The notes beneath the pieces were generated by a model. It had not been told where the DNA came from and did not search any database. It saw nothing but the letters and a program-made list of their open reading frames with translations. The position numbers and the translations under genes are program-made. From Capsulimonadaceae bacterium (GTDB lineage Bacteria; Armatimonadota; Armatimonadia; Armatimonadales; Capsulimonadaceae): 64,000 nt of DNA. Positions 9,780 to 19,382 of this stretch are shown here, one piece after another. The stretch covers positions 4,960,001 to 5,024,000 of the forward strand of contig OZ244065.1 in NCBI GenBank assembly GCA_965215505.1, in the 5' to 3' direction. Position 1 is the stretch's first letter. Each line of letters starts with the position of its first letter.

Positions 9780-10832
9780 TTGAAGGCCATGATACTTGCG
9801 GCGGGCGTCGGCTCCCGCCTGGACCCCCTGACGCGCGCGATCCCCAAGCCGATGGTGCCGGTCGTCAACCGGCCAGTCATCGAACACATCGTCCTGGACC
9901 TCAAGAAGCACGGCTTCGACGAGGTCATGGTCAACCTGCACTATCTGGGTGACGTCATCCAGCAAGGGCTGGGCGACGGCTCGCGGCTGGGCGTCCACAT
10001 CTCCTACGCGCAGGAAGACAAGCTGTGGGGCGACGCGGGCAGCGTCAAGCGCTCGCAGGCGTTCTTCGGCGACGAAACCTTCTTAGTCGTCGGCGGCGAC
10101 GACATCTCCGACATTGACCTGTCGGGCCTAATGGCCCTCCACCGGGAAAAACAGGCCGCCTCCACCATCGCCACGACCGTCGTGGACGACCCCTCGCAGT
10201 TCGGCATCGTCGTCACCGACGGGAACGGCCGCATCACGCGCTTCCTGGAAAAGCCCAAAGGCGGCGACGTGTTTTCCAACACCGCCAACACCGGCGTCTA
10301 CGTCTTCGAGCCGGACGTCTTCGAGCTGATCCCGCCGGACACCTTCTGGGGCTTCGGCAACAACGTCTTTCCCAGCCTCCTCGCCGCCGGTCGTCCCCTG
10401 TACGGCTTCGCCACGACCTCCTATTGGAAGGACGTGGGCAACCTGCAAGTCTACCGCCAGACCAACTTCGACGCCCTCGCCGGGCTGGTCCATCTGGACA
10501 TCCCCTTGCATCAGGAAGCGCCCGGCGTCTGGAAGGGCGAGAACGTCACCCTGGACCCAAGCGCCGAGATCGGCTCCCCCGTCGCCATCGGCAGCAACGT
10601 CACCATCGGGGCCGGTGCCAAGATTCTGGAAAACACCGTCATCGGCGATGGCTGCATCATTGGGGCAAACGTCACCCTCAAAGACACCATTCTGTGGGCC
10701 GGTGCGCGCGTCAGCGAAGGCACCTATCTGGAGCGCTGCGTCGTCGGCACGAACGCCCATGTCCAGTCCAATGTTGCCATCTTCGACGCCAACATCGTGG
10801 ACCCCACGCGGCGGATGACGGCGAAGACGTAA
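9780..10832 (+). CDS. NDP-sugar synthase (nucleotidyltransferase plus hexapeptide repeats)
   Basis: MKAMILAAGVGSRLDPLT..IPKPM, FLEKP, YWKDVG, left-handed beta-helix repeats. Confidence 0.9.
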   Translation: MKAMILAAGVGSRLDPLTRAIPKPMVPVVNRPVIEHIVLDLKKHGFDEVMVNLHYLGDVIQQGLGDGSRLGVHISYAQEDKLWGDAGSVKRSQAFFGDETFLVVGGDDISDIDLSGLMALHREKQAASTIATTVVDDPSQFGIVVTDGNGRITRFLEKPKGGDVFSNTANTGVYVFEPDVFELIPPDTFWGFGNNVFPSLLAAGRPLYGFATTSYWKDVGNLQVYRQTNFDALAGLVHLDIPLHQEAPGVWKGENVTLDPSAEIGSPVAIGSNVTIGAGAKILENTVIGDGCIIGANVTLKDTILWAGARVSEGTYLERCVVGTNAHVQSNVAIFDANIVDPTRRMTAKT

Positions 10833-10837
10833 GGCGG

Positions 10838-11272
10838 ATGGCTTCCACGATGAGCCAACATGATAATCAAGCAAATGATGAAGCAGATGCAGCATCATGG
10901 CCGCCCCCGCCCCAGTGTCACCCGCCTCGGCCTAGAAGAAAACCGAAGCGGAAGTTGTTGACCGGCTATGAACCTGTAGACGCTCTCGCCTGTCTTGTGG
11001 CAGGGGCGGTTCTCCCATCGCTGCTTTTCTTTGGCCTGCTGTTTCTCGGTCGTTTTGTCGTAGCCATGCCGCCACATCATCCTGCTACGGCCTTGACTGA
11101 CCTGGTTTGCTACGGGGCGTGGGGTGCCGGTGCTGCCGCAACACTTCTTGTGCCTGTGTTCTTGGTCCGCCGTTCCTGGCTGTTCGTAGTGACCTTTCTG
11201 TTCGCTGCACTACCCGTGGATGCTTGGACATTCTCGGAGGCACACTCCCTTAGTTCGGCACAGTTGATGTAG
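10838..11272 (+). CDS. Hypothetical membrane protein
   Basis: 3' part of ORF 10424-11272 starting MASTMSQHD; WPPPP motif then three hydrophobic segments. Confidence 0.55.
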   Translation: MASTMSQHDNQANDEADAASWPPPPQCHPPRPRRKPKRKLLTGYEPVDALACLVAGAVLPSLLFFGLLFLGRFVVAMPPHHPATALTDLVCYGAWGAGAAATLLVPVFLVRRSWLFVVTFLFAALPVDAWTFSEAHSLSSAQLM

Positions 11273-11290
11273 GCCAAAGGCGTAACCGTC

Positions 11291-13918
11291 ATGATACAGC
11301 ATCCCAAGCGTGTGAAGCGTGTCGCCTATTGCCTTGCTGGTGTTGTCCTCTTCTTCTGCCTCTCGCCGTCCGTGCAGGCACAAGCCGCCGCGCCGCCTAT
11401 GGGAAACACGGCTCAGGCCGCGCGGCCTGCGTACCCCCTTGCCGATGCCCTCCGCACGGCAAAACAGCCGCCCGGAAGTCTCGCGCTGGCCGTCGGCGCA
11501 CAGTCCGTCACCCTGCCGCCGGCGGCCGTCCTGGGAGCCGGGGCCACAGTGGCGGAGACTGCCGCCGCCTTCGGCCAGATCACTCAGACCTTCGGGGCTG
11601 TCGCCGCCGTCGCCCCGCCCACCGCGACCGTCCTCAACACGAAACCTGCCTTTTCCAACCTGTATGACGGGCTGGCCCCCGAGGAAGCCCTGAAGCTGCT
11701 GGCGGTGAACCTCGACGACGCCCAGTGGCAAAGCCTCGTGAGTGCCCAGGGCCTCGGCCTCGGCGACCTCTCCAATGAGGCCCAGCGCGCCCTCTTCCTG
11801 GACCTCCTGCCGCCTGAGCCGTTCCAAGTCAAGAGCATCGCGTTTGACCGGGACGAGAACGCCCCACCGCGCGCCGTCACCGGCGGCCGTGCCGATGCCC
11901 GCCTGCGCCTTGGTCAGACCGTGCAGTTCCAGCTCCCCTCGAAAGGCAACGCGGACTTTCGAGGCATCATCGTCCCCACGCCGATCCTGCCGGGGCAGCC
12001 GCCGCAGTATAGTTTCAAGGGGAACGGGGTACGGTGGTCCCCGACGCTGGACGGCATTCCCATTCGCGCCGAAGTGCCGAACGTCCTGAAAAGCGGCCAG
12101 CTCGACTACCGGCAGCCTGCGCTCCAAGTACCGGTCCCCGTGGCCGGGCTGAGGCGTGTCGGCGACTTAGTCGGCCGCGTCGGGGCGCTCGCTCACTTTG
12201 AGCTGTATGCCGACAGGCGGTACGAGGGCAGGCTCCTGACGATCACCGGCCCCGCCCTCAATGCCCCGGCGGCTGATCTGCTGCGCGCCCTCGCACTATG
12301 CCTCACAGGGACATGGCGGCGGGTCGGACAGGCGTATGTCCTGACGGACGATGTTCAAGGGGCGGGGACACGACGGCAGATCCTGGCCGACTTCCACAAA
12401 GGCGTCGAGGCTCAGCGCCGGACGCTTCTGGCCTCCGCCGGAACACGGCTCGCTTCGGCGCACGGCCTGAGTGACCTGAGCGGGTTCGGCGATCCTCTGG
12501 CCCTCAGCCCCTCCGAACGGGAGCAGGCTTCGCACACTCCCTGGGCCGCGCGCTACCATTCCTCCTTGGCGGTCGGCGTTGCGTTCGCCCGGATGACCGC
12601 CCCGCAGCAGGAGGAGGCTCGGCGCATCACCCAGGTGTTCGAGCAGGCGAACCAGGAGAACCCCAACGATGTCGCCTTCCAGTCGGACCTTGCCGGCAGC
12701 ATTCAGCTAATCGCCCGGCCCGTCCTTCAAGTCATGCTGCCCTCCCTCGATGGCCCCGTGACGCTGCCGCTCGACCTGACGGAGCTGCTTGAAGGGATCG
12801 TGCCACCCGTCATCCCCGCGCCCGCAGCGCCCGCCAAACAGGCCGCATTCGCCCTGACCCCCTGGCGGGCAGTGCTGGCCGCGCCCAAGACGACAAAAGA
12901 TGTGGACGCCCTGGTCGCGGCCATGAAGCCCCTGGGCCTGAACCAGCTCTGGCTGGCGACCTCCCCGCCATCAGACGGGCCGGACCTCGTCGCCTACGCC
13001 TTGAAGGCCACCAAGGGCACGGGCATCGGAGTCTTCCCTACGCTGGACCTGCTGACCTGGGAAACGCCCAGGGCCGCCGCTGACGCCGACCTGGACCTCC
13101 TGGACCGGACCTCCGTTCAGGACGGCGGCAAGGCCCGCACCGCCGTCAGCGCGTTCTCGCCGCGCGTCGCCTCCGACCTCGCCGCCTCGGTCCGCGCCAT
13201 GTCGGCGGAACCCGGCATCGCCGGGCTGGTCTGGCGCGAAACCGCACCCCCCGGCTACGCCCTGCCCGCCCACAGCCTGCTGCCCGACTATGACGCCCCT
13301 CCCGACCTCGGCTACACGGAACCCGCCCGCCTGGCCTTCCTGCGGCTCACCCACACTGACCCCCTGGACATCACGGACACGGACCGCCTCAACCTCGCCG
13401 AGACTGAAGACACGCGCCTGCCCGGCTTTGACGGGACGGGGGAGGACTCGGCCCTGGCGACCCAGTGGCGTCAGTTCCGGTCGGACGCCGACACGGCCCT
13501 GCTGCGCGGCCTCTACAACGTCGCAGGCACGACATCCGGCGCGGCCCGCCCGCGCATCTTCATCCACCAGCAGCGCCCCGGCCCGTCCGGGGTTGACTGG
13601 TACGGCTCCTGGGACGACCCGAAGGCCCCACTCCCGACGGCCCGCAAGTCCTGGGACGACCTCCTTCCGGGCCAGACACCCGCCCCGCCACAGGACGCCT
13701 TGACGCAGGCCCGGCGGCAGTCGCAGCTCGTCTACCTCAGCGTCCCCCTCGGCGACGCCGTGGCCGCCTCCGAGATCGCCGCCCATCTCCCAATGCCGGT
13801 GCCGGGCAAGGCATGGGACGGCGTCGTCTTCGACCTGACCGCCGCCGCGTCCGGCGTGGAACACCTGGACACGCTCAAGGCCCTCGTCGGCGTGAGCGCG
13901 GCAGATGGGAAGAAGTAA
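11291..13918 (+). CDS. Large secreted hypothetical protein, paralogue of 3897-6587
   Basis: 875 aa, signal peptide (VQAQA); colinear similarity to the minus-strand ORF (LAVGA, LDD.QW..L.S..GLGL.DL, RLGQT, LYAD..Y, GLNQLWL, SWDDP, WDGVVFD). Confidence 0.78.
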   Translation: MIQHPKRVKRVAYCLAGVVLFFCLSPSVQAQAAAPPMGNTAQAARPAYPLADALRTAKQPPGSLALAVGAQSVTLPPAAVLGAGATVAETAAAFGQITQTFGAVAAVAPPTATVLNTKPAFSNLYDGLAPEEALKLLAVNLDDAQWQSLVSAQGLGLGDLSNEAQRALFLDLLPPEPFQVKSIAFDRDENAPPRAVTGGRADARLRLGQTVQFQLPSKGNADFRGIIVPTPILPGQPPQYSFKGNGVRWSPTLDGIPIRAEVPNVLKSGQLDYRQPALQVPVPVAGLRRVGDLVGRVGALAHFELYADRRYEGRLLTITGPALNAPAADLLRALALCLTGTWRRVGQAYVLTDDVQGAGTRRQILADFHKGVEAQRRTLLASAGTRLASAHGLSDLSGFGDPLALSPSEREQASHTPWAARYHSSLAVGVAFARMTAPQQEEARRITQVFEQANQENPNDVAFQSDLAGSIQLIARPVLQVMLPSLDGPVTLPLDLTELLEGIVPPVIPAPAAPAKQAAFALTPWRAVLAAPKTTKDVDALVAAMKPLGLNQLWLATSPPSDGPDLVAYALKATKGTGIGVFPTLDLLTWETPRAAADADLDLLDRTSVQDGGKARTAVSAFSPRVASDLAASVRAMSAEPGIAGLVWRETAPPGYALPAHSLLPDYDAPPDLGYTEPARLAFLRLTHTDPLDITDTDRLNLAETEDTRLPGFDGTGEDSALATQWRQFRSDADTALLRGLYNVAGTTSGAARPRIFIHQQRPGPSGVDWYGSWDDPKAPLPTARKSWDDLLPGQTPAPPQDALTQARRQSQLVYLSVPLGDAVAASEIAAHLPMPVPGKAWDGVVFDLTAAASGVEHLDTLKALVGVSAADGKK

Positions 13919-14090
13919 TAGGCAAAAGTGGTACAGATGCGGAGATTGTAGAGGCGATGGTTCTCCTCATGGACCCAGCCGGCGGCGGGAGAGCCGCGCC
14001 CGTTGCTGGGCGCGGTTGTCACTACCGGCCTCATGTACGGGTTGGGTTCGAGTCATCGGAACCGGCACAGTCATCCGGCGGCAGGAAGAT

Positions 14091-14245
14091 GCCACGGGTT
14101 GAAACCCGAGGCTGCCAAGTTCCCAGCGTCCAGGGGACGCAAGACCAGACGGTGCAAGAAAGGTTTAGAGCTTTCTGCCCTTCGGCTTCTTTCTGCCGTC
14201 CCTGGGACGGTGGGCTTTTCGGAGCCTCGGGTTTCAACCCGTGGC
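14091..14245. mobile_element. REPIN/MITE-like element, 155 bp
   Basis: Perfect 23-bp terminal inverted repeat GCCACGGGTTGAAACCCGAGGCT (14091-14113 / 14223-14245), each arm itself palindromic; imperfect inner inverted repeat. Confidence 0.75.
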
Positions 14246-14260
14246 GATATGGACTGAGCC

Positions 14261-14683
14261 ATGAATCTACGCCCGATTAAAACCGAAGACGACTACAGGG
14301 CGGCACTCGCAGAGATCGAAGGCATATTTCAGGCCGGGCCGGAGACGCCCGAGGGCGACCGCCTAGATATTCTGACCCTGCTGGTGGAAGCCTACGAGGA
14401 GCAGCACTACCCGATACCGCCGCCGGACCCTCTGGGCGCTCTGGAATATCATCTGGAGAGTAGGGGCCTGACGCGGCGCGATCTTGAGCCGTACCTGGGC
14501 AGTCGGGCGCGCGTCGCCGAAGTGATGAACCGCAGGCGTGCATTGACTATAGACATGATTCGGCGGCTGCATCAAGGCTTGGGCATTTCCGCCGAGATTT
14601 TGATCCAGCCCTATCCACTCGTTAAGCCGCCGAGCAGAACGCGGCGAACGGCGGCGACAGCCGCCGCGCCAGTGGCAGGATGA
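14261..14683 (+). CDS. higA: HigA-family HTH antitoxin (no adjacent toxin)
   Basis: MNLRPIKTEDDYRAAL...PEGDRLDILTLLVEAYE...PDP...RRALTIDMIRRLHQGLGISAEIL. Confidence 0.85.
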   Translation: MNLRPIKTEDDYRAALAEIEGIFQAGPETPEGDRLDILTLLVEAYEEQHYPIPPPDPLGALEYHLESRGLTRRDLEPYLGSRARVAEVMNRRRALTIDMIRRLHQGLGISAEILIQPYPLVKPPSRTRRTAATAAAPVAG

Positions 14684-14702
14684 GAAACGGAACGAAAGAG
14701 CA

Positions 14703-14734
14703 AAGCGGCCCGGTGCAGATGCACCGGGCCGCTT
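14703..14734. terminator. Hairpin between convergent genes
   Basis: AAGCGGCCCGGTGCA-GA-TGCACCGGGCCGCTT. Confidence 0.7.
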
Positions 14735-14766
14735 CCATGTCTCCGACTACTTCCTCGCGTCGCCGA

Positions 14767-16677
14767 CTACTTCCTGACGATGTACTCGGTCTTGCTCTTG
14801 TCGAAGCCCTCCGGCTCCTTCTTGGCGTCGAAGGTCCAGCGTCCCGCGCGGGGATGGAAGGCCGAGTAACCGCTCAGGACGCTCGCCAGCAGGCGGCGCG
14901 GGGTGCGGCGGACAAAGTTCACCTCGGTCAAGAGGGTCAGGAACGAGGTGCCCTTGCGGTAGTGGTCCAGGATGCGCCGGACGATGTCGTAGGTGGAAAT
15001 CGCGGCCCCCCCTTCGACCTCATTACGGAACTCCAGCAGTTCCTCCATGCGCGGCGGCGTGACGAAGACACCGGGGTCGCTCTCGTTCTGGTCCACGAAC
15101 TTGAACTCGTCGGGCTTGTCCGTCTTCTCCAAATAGACGACCGCGCCGGACTCGGCGGCGATCTCCGCGTACAGGTCGAACAGGCCGTAGGCGAGCTGGA
15201 CATTGTGATCCACATAGACCGGGTAGCCGGTCCCCTCCGCGTCCCGCACCGTCAGCTCGACGATGTTCGGCTCGGCGGGGAAGAAGCCGGGCGGGACCTG
15301 TGCCAAGGGGAACGTTCCGATCTCCTTGTGGTAGGCCTTCAGGACAAGGCGCAGGCGCGAGGCCTCGGCCGTCGCCCCTTCCGGCCAGCGGGTCGCGCCG
15401 GCGGGTTCCTGGTCGTTGACGTCCTGGGCGACCGGGTCCAGGATTTCGTCCTGCAAGCCGTCTTCAAAGCCCTCGTCGGCCAGCATCTGGTCCAGGATCT
15501 CGCCGTCCGCCGTCTCGAAACGCGGCAGGGTGGGGAAGGTCAGGGACTCGGGCACCTGCCCGATATACAGCGGCAGCGAGTCGGGCGCGCGGAACCGGTC
15601 CGCACCGACCCACAGATACTGATCGGGGCGGGCGCGCAAATACTCGGCCAATGTCTCCGCGTCGGCGGCGAAGGTACGCGAGCCGGGCCGAATCTCGAAG
15701 ACGTGCGTGAGCAGATCGCCCACGGGGACCGTCTCTTCGCGGCCCTCGAAGTAGGAGGCAAGCTCCTCCGCGTCCTCCTCGGTGACCTCCAGCGGCTTCG
15801 CGGCGGCCTCGACGATAGGGGCGGTCTCGATGGTCGGCTCTTCCACGGGGTTCTCTGCGGCCGAGGCCGCCTGCGCCCGCCACACGGCCCGCAGAGGCTC
15901 CAAAGCCTCGCGCAGCAGCCAGCGGTGATCGGGCAGGGCCAGGAAGGTTTCCCGGTCGGTCGCCACGGCGTCATAGAGAGCCACGCCGTCGAAGTCCTCG
16001 CCCAGAGCCTTCCAGGCGAAGTACTGGATGACCCGGTTGTCCACCGGCTGGCCCTGGCTCACCGTGAGCAGGGCGAGAGTCGCTCCGGTGGGATTGTCCG
16101 CCCAGTCCAGGCCCTTGGCAGCGTTCTGGAATGGGGCCAACTTCTCCGCGCTGAGGTAGTTGTAGAACAGCAGGTCCGCTTCGCGCTCCGAGGTCATATC
16201 GAGCAGCCACGACCGCAGGCCGTAGGACAGGCCGCCCGCAATGGGGAAGAACGGGGTGCCACGAAGCAGGCGCGGGGCGACCTCGGCGTAATACTCCTTG
16301 ACGCGGCCGGTGATCTGGGCAAGTTCCCCCGCCACCTCATTGATCGGGATGGGCGCCCCATACTGGGAAATCACTTCGCTCAGGATGTGTTCCAGGGGCC
16401 GGGTCTTGTCCAGGTAGCGGCTCCTGACATCCCAGCGTCGGTCTACGGCGACGAAGCGGCGCGGGTCGGCCTCCATGCGCTGCCGGGCCAGGGCGGGCGT
16501 CACGACATCGTCGCCGACCTCGCGGGCGACTTCGCCGACGCGGGCCGGCTCGCCCAGGCGGACCAGGGCGCGGTGCAGCAGGGTCGTCAAAGTCTCCTGC
16601 GCGAGCGCCTGCGTCGGGTCCGGGCCGGGGGCGGGTTTCTTGGCGGTGGTTTTCTTGTCGGTTCGGGTGGTCGCCAT
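14767..16677 (-). CDS. Hypothetical protein with several winged-helix (HARE-HTH-like) repeats
   Basis: 636 aa, AAGGAG RBS; recurrent motif RFVAVDRRWDVRS / FFPIAGGLSYGLRSW / TFLALPDHRWLLRE / QYLWVGADRF. Confidence 0.7.
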   Translation of the reverse strand: MATTRTDKKTTAKKPAPGPDPTQALAQETLTTLLHRALVRLGEPARVGEVAREVGDDVVTPALARQRMEADPRRFVAVDRRWDVRSRYLDKTRPLEHILSEVISQYGAPIPINEVAGELAQITGRVKEYYAEVAPRLLRGTPFFPIAGGLSYGLRSWLLDMTSEREADLLFYNYLSAEKLAPFQNAAKGLDWADNPTGATLALLTVSQGQPVDNRVIQYFAWKALGEDFDGVALYDAVATDRETFLALPDHRWLLREALEPLRAVWRAQAASAAENPVEEPTIETAPIVEAAAKPLEVTEEDAEELASYFEGREETVPVGDLLTHVFEIRPGSRTFAADAETLAEYLRARPDQYLWVGADRFRAPDSLPLYIGQVPESLTFPTLPRFETADGEILDQMLADEGFEDGLQDEILDPVAQDVNDQEPAGATRWPEGATAEASRLRLVLKAYHKEIGTFPLAQVPPGFFPAEPNIVELTVRDAEGTGYPVYVDHNVQLAYGLFDLYAEIAAESGAVVYLEKTDKPDEFKFVDQNESDPGVFVTPPRMEELLEFRNEVEGGAAISTYDIVRRILDHYRKGTSFLTLLTEVNFVRRTPRRLLASVLSGYSAFHPRAGRWTFDAKKEPEGFDKSKTEYIVRK

Positions 16678-16730
16678 GCGGTCTCCTTCTGGATACGGAA
16701 ATGGAAAATGAGGGAAAAGTCTTGCGGCGG

Positions 16731-18074
16731 CTAGGCGGGGACGGCGTACAGGTCGTAAGGCTCGGCCTCCACGACGCGGGCGGCGACGAGCGTGCCCGGC
16801 GCGGCCTCGCAGCCGCGCACGACCACCGCGCCGTCTATCTCGGGGGCGTCGCGGAAGGAGCGGCCCACGGCGTCCGTCCGCCCTTCCTCGGCGCGCTGTG
16901 ATTCAACCAGCACGTCCAGGGTTCGCCCCAGCCACTTCTGGTTGTTCGCTAAACTGAGGGGCTGCTGCGCGGCCATCAGGGCATCCCGGCGGGCGCGCAT
17001 CACCTTCGGCGGGACGGCACCGGGCAGATCAAAGGCGGGCGTGTCCTCCTCGGCGGAGTAGGTGAAGACGCCCACGCGGTCAAAGCGCATCTCTTGAACA
17101 AAGCCGAGCAGGTTCTCAAACTGCGCGTCCGTCTCGCCGGGGAAGCCGACCAGGAACGTCGTCCGCAGGGCAAGGTCGGGCAGGGCCTGCCGCATCTTGC
17201 CGAAGAGCCGCTTGTACTGCTCGACCGACCCGCCGCGCTTCATGGCTTTGAGCATGACATCGTCGCCGTGCTGCAAGGGCATGTCAATGTAGGGGATCAC
17301 CTGCGGCAGATCGCGCAGGGCGTCAATCAAGGGCTGGCGGACCATCGTCGGGTAGCAGTAGAGCAGCCGCAGCCACTTGATGCCCTCCACCTCGGCCAGC
17401 GCCCGCAGCAGCTCGGGCAAGGCCAGCCGGCCGTACAGGTCCATCCCATAGGCGGTGGTGTCCTGCGCGACCAGGTTGAGTTCCGATGCGCCCGAGGCCG
17501 CGAGCTGCCGCGCCTCCTGCACCAGCCTTTCGATGGGCTTGGACCGGTGCTTGCCCCGGATGCCGGGGATCGCGCAGAACGTGCAGGTGTGGTCGCAGCC
17601 CTCGGAGATCTTGAGGTAGGCCGTCCACGGCGTCGCGGTCGCGCGCAGTCGGGTCTGGGGAATAAGAGGATACTTGTCGGCGACCTGCTCCACCAGGTTG
17701 ATCTGGCGGGGTCGCGCCCCGAAGACGACATTGCCGATAGCGGGCGCGCTCTCGATCCCCAGGAACGCATCCACTTCGGGAATCTCGCGGGCAAGGTCCG
17801 CCCCGTAGCGTTGGGCGAGGCAGCCGGTGACGATCACCTTGGACACCTGCCCGCGCCCCTTGCGCTTCACGGCGTCCAGGATGGCCGCGATGCTTTCTTC
17901 CTTCGCCGGCCCGATGAACCCGCAGGTGTTGACGATCAGCACGTCCGCGTCGTTCTTGTCCGCGACGAACTGCACCGCGCGTCCGTCCGCGCCCGCGAGC
18001 GCGCCCAGCATCTCCTCGCCGTCCACCTGGTTTTTCGCGCAGCCAAGCTGCACCAGACCTACTTTGGTCGCCAA
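16731..18074 (-). CDS. rimO: Ribosomal protein S12 methylthiotransferase
   Basis: LGCAKNQVD, VNTCGFI, VTGCLAQRY, AYLKISEGCDHTCTFCAIP, GRSFRDAPEIDG; TTG start chosen from RBS position. Confidence 0.93.
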   Translation of the reverse strand: MATKVGLVQLGCAKNQVDGEEMLGALAGADGRAVQFVADKNDADVLIVNTCGFIGPAKEESIAAILDAVKRKGRGQVSKVIVTGCLAQRYGADLAREIPEVDAFLGIESAPAIGNVVFGARPRQINLVEQVADKYPLIPQTRLRATATPWTAYLKISEGCDHTCTFCAIPGIRGKHRSKPIERLVQEARQLAASGASELNLVAQDTTAYGMDLYGRLALPELLRALAEVEGIKWLRLLYCYPTMVRQPLIDALRDLPQVIPYIDMPLQHGDDVMLKAMKRGGSVEQYKRLFGKMRQALPDLALRTTFLVGFPGETDAQFENLLGFVQEMRFDRVGVFTYSAEEDTPAFDLPGAVPPKVMRARRDALMAAQQPLSLANNQKWLGRTLDVLVESQRAEEGRTDAVGRSFRDAPEIDGAVVVRGCEAAPGTLVAARVVEAEPYDLYAVPA

Positions 18075-18209
18075 ATTCCCAACTTCCTCTGCACCAAACA
18101 ACGTAAAAGCACAAAAATTGCCGGTTTAGTGTACCCGAGAAAGGAGGAAATAGTCAATCGGCTGGGTGTGAACTGTCAGGCAATCGCCCAGGACGGGCAG
18201 GCACGGGGA

Positions 18210-18272
18210 GGGCAGGCACAGGGGCCTGCCCCTACGCCGGCGGTCGGTAGGGGCAACCCCCCGTGGTTGCCC
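18210..18272. repeat. Divergent pair of GTAG-type REP-like palindromes
   Basis: GTAGGGGCAGGCCCCTGTGCCTGCCC on minus (18210-18235) and GTAGGGGCAACCCCCCGTGGTTGCCC on plus (18247-18272). Confidence 0.7.
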
Positions 18273-18330
18273 TCTTTTCGGCTTGCGGTTGCTTGGCGGG
18301 CGCGGCTGCCCTGCCTCCCCCTGCTGTGCT

Positions 18331-18856
18331 TTAGCCTTCCACCTCGCGCCCCATGTCGTCCAGGTGCTTTGGCTTGAGCGCGTTGTAATCTTTGCCGCCC
18401 CCGATCCACTCGAAGGCAATGCCATCGTCGGATGGCAATTCGCGGTAGCCCATGCTCCACAGATCCTTTTGTTCAGGCCGCCAGTGAGTAAAGCCACGCA
18501 TCTGCGCTGCCATCCCGTCGTCGCAGACGGTCGCCGCTTCTTCAAGCATCTGAAGAACGTCCAAGCCAGCGCACAGGGCCGCGTGGTAACAGAGGCGGCC
18601 GCGCCTCAATCCGTGCCTGCGCGTCAAGACCGTCGGCGTCGTTGCCCACAAGCGGGGCGAACACGATGCGGTTGCCATCCGAATAGTCCGGGCCGGGGAT
18701 AGACCAGCCTCGCCCAAACGGCCAGCCCTCACGGATCGCGGCGCGCTGTTCGGCGTCCGCCAGCCGGTAGAACTCCTCCCGGCGCAAGAAGGCGCGCAAG
18801 GGGTTTCGCTCGTTCTGAACGATGTCCGACACGGCCGGCGGGAGGTCCACGCTCAT
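18331..18856 (-). pseudogene. Frameshifted hypothetical gene
   Basis: MSVDLPP...AQARIEA in one frame continues as RLCYHAALCAGLDVLQMLEE...GREVEG in another; switch near 18597-18605. Confidence 0.55.
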
Positions 18857-18860
18857 GCCT

Positions 18861-19337
18861 CTACTCCGCGCGCAGGACGGCCCATCCGCTTCCGAAGGCC
18901 AATACGTCCTCAACCGCGCCCCAAACAGGATCGGGAATGACCGTCTTCTGCCCCAGCGTCCGCCGCAGGTGGTAGAACCCGAAAGCGCCCGCGACGGCGG
19001 CGGCCACGCCGATGGCAGCCCCAACCTCGGCGCGCTTCCCATCATGCACACACAGGGTCGCCCCGGACAGCCCGCCCGACAGGATGCGCCCGAACAGCGG
19101 GCCGGGCGCGATGCGGTTCGGGGTGAAGGGCATTTTGTCCCCGACGATCTCCCCGGCCGCCAGGAACTTCGTGACGTTCGCCGCCTTCGCCGTTCCCAGC
19201 CACCGCAGCGGTGACTGCTCCAGGTCAGGCGACGGAGTGCGCGCTAGGTGGTCGCTCACCAGGGCGGGCGCTCCCATGCTCCGCATTCCAGCGATGACGC
19301 CCAGGCAGGCGGCTTGGAGGTAGGTGATAGGCATCAA
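18861..19337 (-). CDS. DUF4126-like membrane protein
   Basis: GMRSM.APAL, GEIVGDKMPFTPNRI.PGPLFGR, GAVED. Confidence 0.75.
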   Translation of the reverse strand: MMPITYLQAACLGVIAGMRSMGAPALVSDHLARTPSPDLEQSPLRWLGTAKAANVTKFLAAGEIVGDKMPFTPNRIAPGPLFGRILSGGLSGATLCVHDGKRAEVGAAIGVAAAVAGAFGFYHLRRTLGQKTVIPDPVWGAVEDVLAFGSGWAVLRAE

Positions 19338-19382
19338 TGGTCTTTCCAGAGAAGATCAGCGAGTGACAAGTGACAGTAGATG

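Noticed and set aside
14743-14775. 13-bp direct repeat CCGACTACTTCCT duplicating a stop-codon region
   Set aside because: Copies are 7 nt apart with nothing inserted; local duplication, not an att site
14680-16734. 684-aa plus-strand ORF and similar long antisense ORFs (46842-48683, 55657-57099, 8547-9998)
   Set aside because: Antisense shadows typical of high-GC genes; the opposite strands carry the recognisable proteins
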